A stretch of DNA of 64,000 bases from Felis catus (lineage: Eukaryota), in contig NC_058368.1 in NCBI RefSeq assembly GCF_018350175.1, positions 212,042,001 to 212,106,000 on the forward strand, given 5' to 3'. The notes under the pieces are model-generated. The model searched no databases. It was not told where the DNA came from and was given only the letters and a program-made list of their open reading frames with translations. Both the position numbers and the translations under genes were made by a program. Positions 61,470 through 64,000 of the stretch are shown here, piece by piece (positions within the stretch are counted from its first letter, which is position 1; every line of letters begins with the position of its first letter).

Positions 61470-62345
61470 TCCAGGTGTGGAAGCCAGAGATCCAGAGGAC
61501 AACCATGTCACCTCCTCCCACCCCTCATATCCAGTCCATCATTAGGGGCGGCCAATTTTATCTGATTCTTTCCGTTTCTATCACTTTAATTCAAAAAAAC
61601 AGTTATCTTTTTCCTGGGCTACAGTTGTGTTTACTTTGGTCGACTTGGATTCCTTTTGATCTCATTTTCTCATTGCCGCCAGGATGATGTCACAATGGTA
61701 ATCTGGGGTGCCTGGGTGGCTCAGTCCATTAAGTGTCTGACTCGGGCGCAGGTCATGATCTCACGGTTCATGAGTTTGAGCCCCGCTTCAAGCTCTGTGC
61801 TGCCAGCTCAGAGCCTGGAATCTGCTTCAGATTCTGTGTCTCCCTCTCTCTCTGCCCCTCCCCTGCTCATGCTGTCTCTCTCTCAAAAACAAATAAACAT
61901 TAAGAAAAATGGTAATCCAATCATACCCACTCCCCCCCCCCCCGGTTTAAAGCCATACAACGCTTTTATGATTCCCTCTCTCATCTCTTACTATGCCCCC
62001 TTTACTTTTGGGATAGAGCAGTAGTCTTCTCCTCATGGTTCTCCTGCCACTGGTCTTGTTGCCTGGACTGTCTTCCTTCCTGTCTTCACTTAGTTGACAC
62101 CTTAATCCTTCAGATATCAGCTCAAGAGTCAGTTCACTGAGGAAGCCTTCCCTGACCTCCACGCCCAGTAAGATTCTATTATACACTTTCACAATGCTAT
62201 GTATTTCTTCTTTACAGCGCATATCACAGTTGTAATTTTATATCTGACTGATGCACTTCCCTTCATTAGTATGTAAGACTTAAAGGCGGAGGCTGGGTCC
62301 GGTGTTGCTCACCATCTAGCCCTATTGGTACGTAATAGATAAGGG
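61470..62345 (+). mobile_element. L2 fragment interrupted by a SINEC
   Basis: CCTCATATCCAGTCCATCA; TCCTTCAGATATCAGCTCAAGAGTCAGTTCACTGAGGAAGCCTTCCCTGACC. Confidence 0.7.
61705..61907 (+). mobile_element. Felid SINEC
   Basis: TSD AATGGTAATC at 61694-61703 and 61908-61917. Confidence 0.93.
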
Positions 62346-62555
62346 AAAGAGTGAGCACATGAAATCAGCAGTCAGGACAAAGATGAGGGTCAGCCACTGT
62401 TATGACAAGCCTGGTAAGGGATAGAGCCCATAAAAGGGATTTGGATCAAATTCCGTGGGAGCTTCGGGATGGTTTCAAACTAAGAGATGAAATGGAAAGA
62501 AAGTCATTAGAGAGATAGTTCTAGGGCTCTATGGAAAGTGATATGAGGTGGAGAA

Positions 62556-62986
62556 TGATGAGGTTTTGGGGTGATAGTGGGTTTCATGGGGTCTGGAGCT
62601 GATGGCCAAGAAAGAATTCTTGAAGACATCTTTGGTGCAAAAACATGCTTTTATTAAAGCCCGGGGACAGGACCCATGGGCAGGAAGAGCTGCCCCAGAC
62701 CCTGTGGAGAGACTGCTTATATATTTGGGAGTTGGGGGAGGTAAAGTCCAGGGGAAGTTTCCAGTGAGATTTTCGTATGCTAAAGAAGACTCCCAGGATC
62801 CTGGAGGCCTAGCTATGGTCAAGCTAAGGTTGTTTTCCCTCTAGCAAAACATTAACATTAAGATAGGAGGGAGTTCCCTGGAGAAAAGTTTTACTCTGCC
62901 AGCCTCAAGTATTTGTCAATGGGCTGCAGGTTATAAGGAAATTTAATTTTATCTGCCATTTTCCTCTGTCTTTGTTTCCCACATCA
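62556..62986 (-). mobile_element. Carnivore ERV solo LTR (431 bp)
   Basis: Inverted termini TGATG...CATCA; flanks GAGAA/GGGAA; minus-strand TATATAA (62717-62723) and AATAAA (62650-62655). Confidence 0.88.
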
Positions 62987-63669
62987 GGGAATACTGAGGC
63001 AGGGTCTCTGAGGTAGGCCTCTTCCATAATAACTTTCTACAACTCTCATCTTTCTTATTCTAATCACATCTGACAGCTAACACCATTTTGGGGCTTCATT
63101 TTCTGTGGTAGGTTCAAAAGACACTATGGTTGATGATGTGTAAAGTGCAGTTTTTGTTTGTCATTCACTGCTACCTAAAAACAACTATGGATTTTCATCA
63201 CGTTTTGAGAATAAACTAGAAGGATCTGAGACGGTATTAAATTTGGAGCAACTGGTGGCTTTCTCAAAGACTAGGTGGTCATATTTCAGACCAGTGGAAA
63301 CTGAAGTGCTCAAAAAAATATGCTGGAAGGACATATCAGGCATACTGAGACATTGTGGGGCATGAAATCCTAGTAGCTTCAGATATGAGCCCATGTGCTC
63401 TCATTCCTGTTCTGCTTTCCTGTAGCCCTGAACCAAGCTCTCATTGTCATTTTATGACCCTAATCCTGTCCTTTGAACTTTTTATTCTCCCTTAAGGACT
63501 TGGACACAGACCTGGCCTCAAGCCCTTTCCACTTTAGACCAATTCATTGGATGGCCTCCCTGTTCCCCTTTTGGGCCAAGGGCTAGGGATAGGATTAGTC
63601 CCCTCCCTCCAACACTTGTGAGCAGTTGACATCAAGGAGAGGATCAGATTTATCATTAGTCCCTCCCCT

Positions 63670-63850
63670 TTCCAGCTGTATGATCTTTGGTAGGTTATTT
63701 GACACGTCTGTGCCTCCATTTCTTCATTCTGTAAAATGGGGATAATAATACCTACTTCCTAGGGTTGCTGTGAGAATCAGACATGTTAATTCCTGCAGGA
63801 GTTAGCATAGCATCTGGCTTGTAGAAACCACTCAGTAAATGTTACTGTTG
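63670..63850 (+). mobile_element. MIR, followed by an opposite-strand MIR fragment at about 63885-63960
   Basis: CTGTGCCTCCATTTCTTCATTCTGTAAAATGGGGATAATAATACCTACTTCCTAGGGTTGCTGTGAG; then CATTTCACAGATGAGGAAAC. Confidence 0.8.
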
Positions 63851-64000
63851 GTGTGATTCTTCTTCCTGTCATCATCATCACGCAGGCCCAACCACAACCC
63901 TGTATGTTGCTGCTATGCTCATTTCACAGATGAGGAAACCATGCAGAGTTGTTGAAGGAAAATAGAAAATCTGAAGGACAAGATTAGGGTCATAAGCTGG

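Larger units (their letters stand above)
57196..64000 (+). other. ADAMTS12: 5' part of next ADAMTS12 intron
   Basis: Starts GTAAGG; the expected continuation (QGLKIVHHA-like) is not seen in the ORF track. Confidence 0.85.

Noticed and set aside
1..64000. A novel gene system, CRISPR array or operon
   Set aside because: Mammalian intron. Recurrent repeats are dispersed SINEs and TSDs, not regularly spaced repeat-spacer units, and no unexplained protein-like ORF was found.

Overview
Mammalian, almost certainly felid (cat-like) nuclear DNA: about 20 carnivore tRNA-derived SINEC elements, many with the felid-type head GGGGCGCCTGGGTGGCTCAGTCGGTT, plus carnivore-type L1 3' ends. The window lies inside ADAMTS12 on the + strand. 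It holds about 56 kb of one large intron, two coding exons (56005-56201, 197 nt; 57112-57195, 84 nt; probably exons 4 and 5, spanning the prodomain/catalytic-domain junction) and the start of the next intron. The rest is repeat-rich intron: a young 5'-truncated L1 with an open ORF2 C-terminus and perfect TSD, several L1 fragments, old L1M/L2/MIR, MLT1 and three ERV solo LTRs, hAT and Tigger fossils, and microsatellites. Almost all ORFs in the track are spurious or repeat-derived. I find no evidence for a new gene or undescribed biological system. The most unusual items are retrotransposition footprints (a poly(A)-less internal L1 RT fragment with TSDs; two target sites each hit twice; a possible micro 3' transduction), a solo-LTR cluster after the second exon and a candidate CTCF/YY1 site. 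Repeat family names and exon numbers come from recall and need RepeatMasker/alignment confirmation; old-repeat boundaries are approximate.
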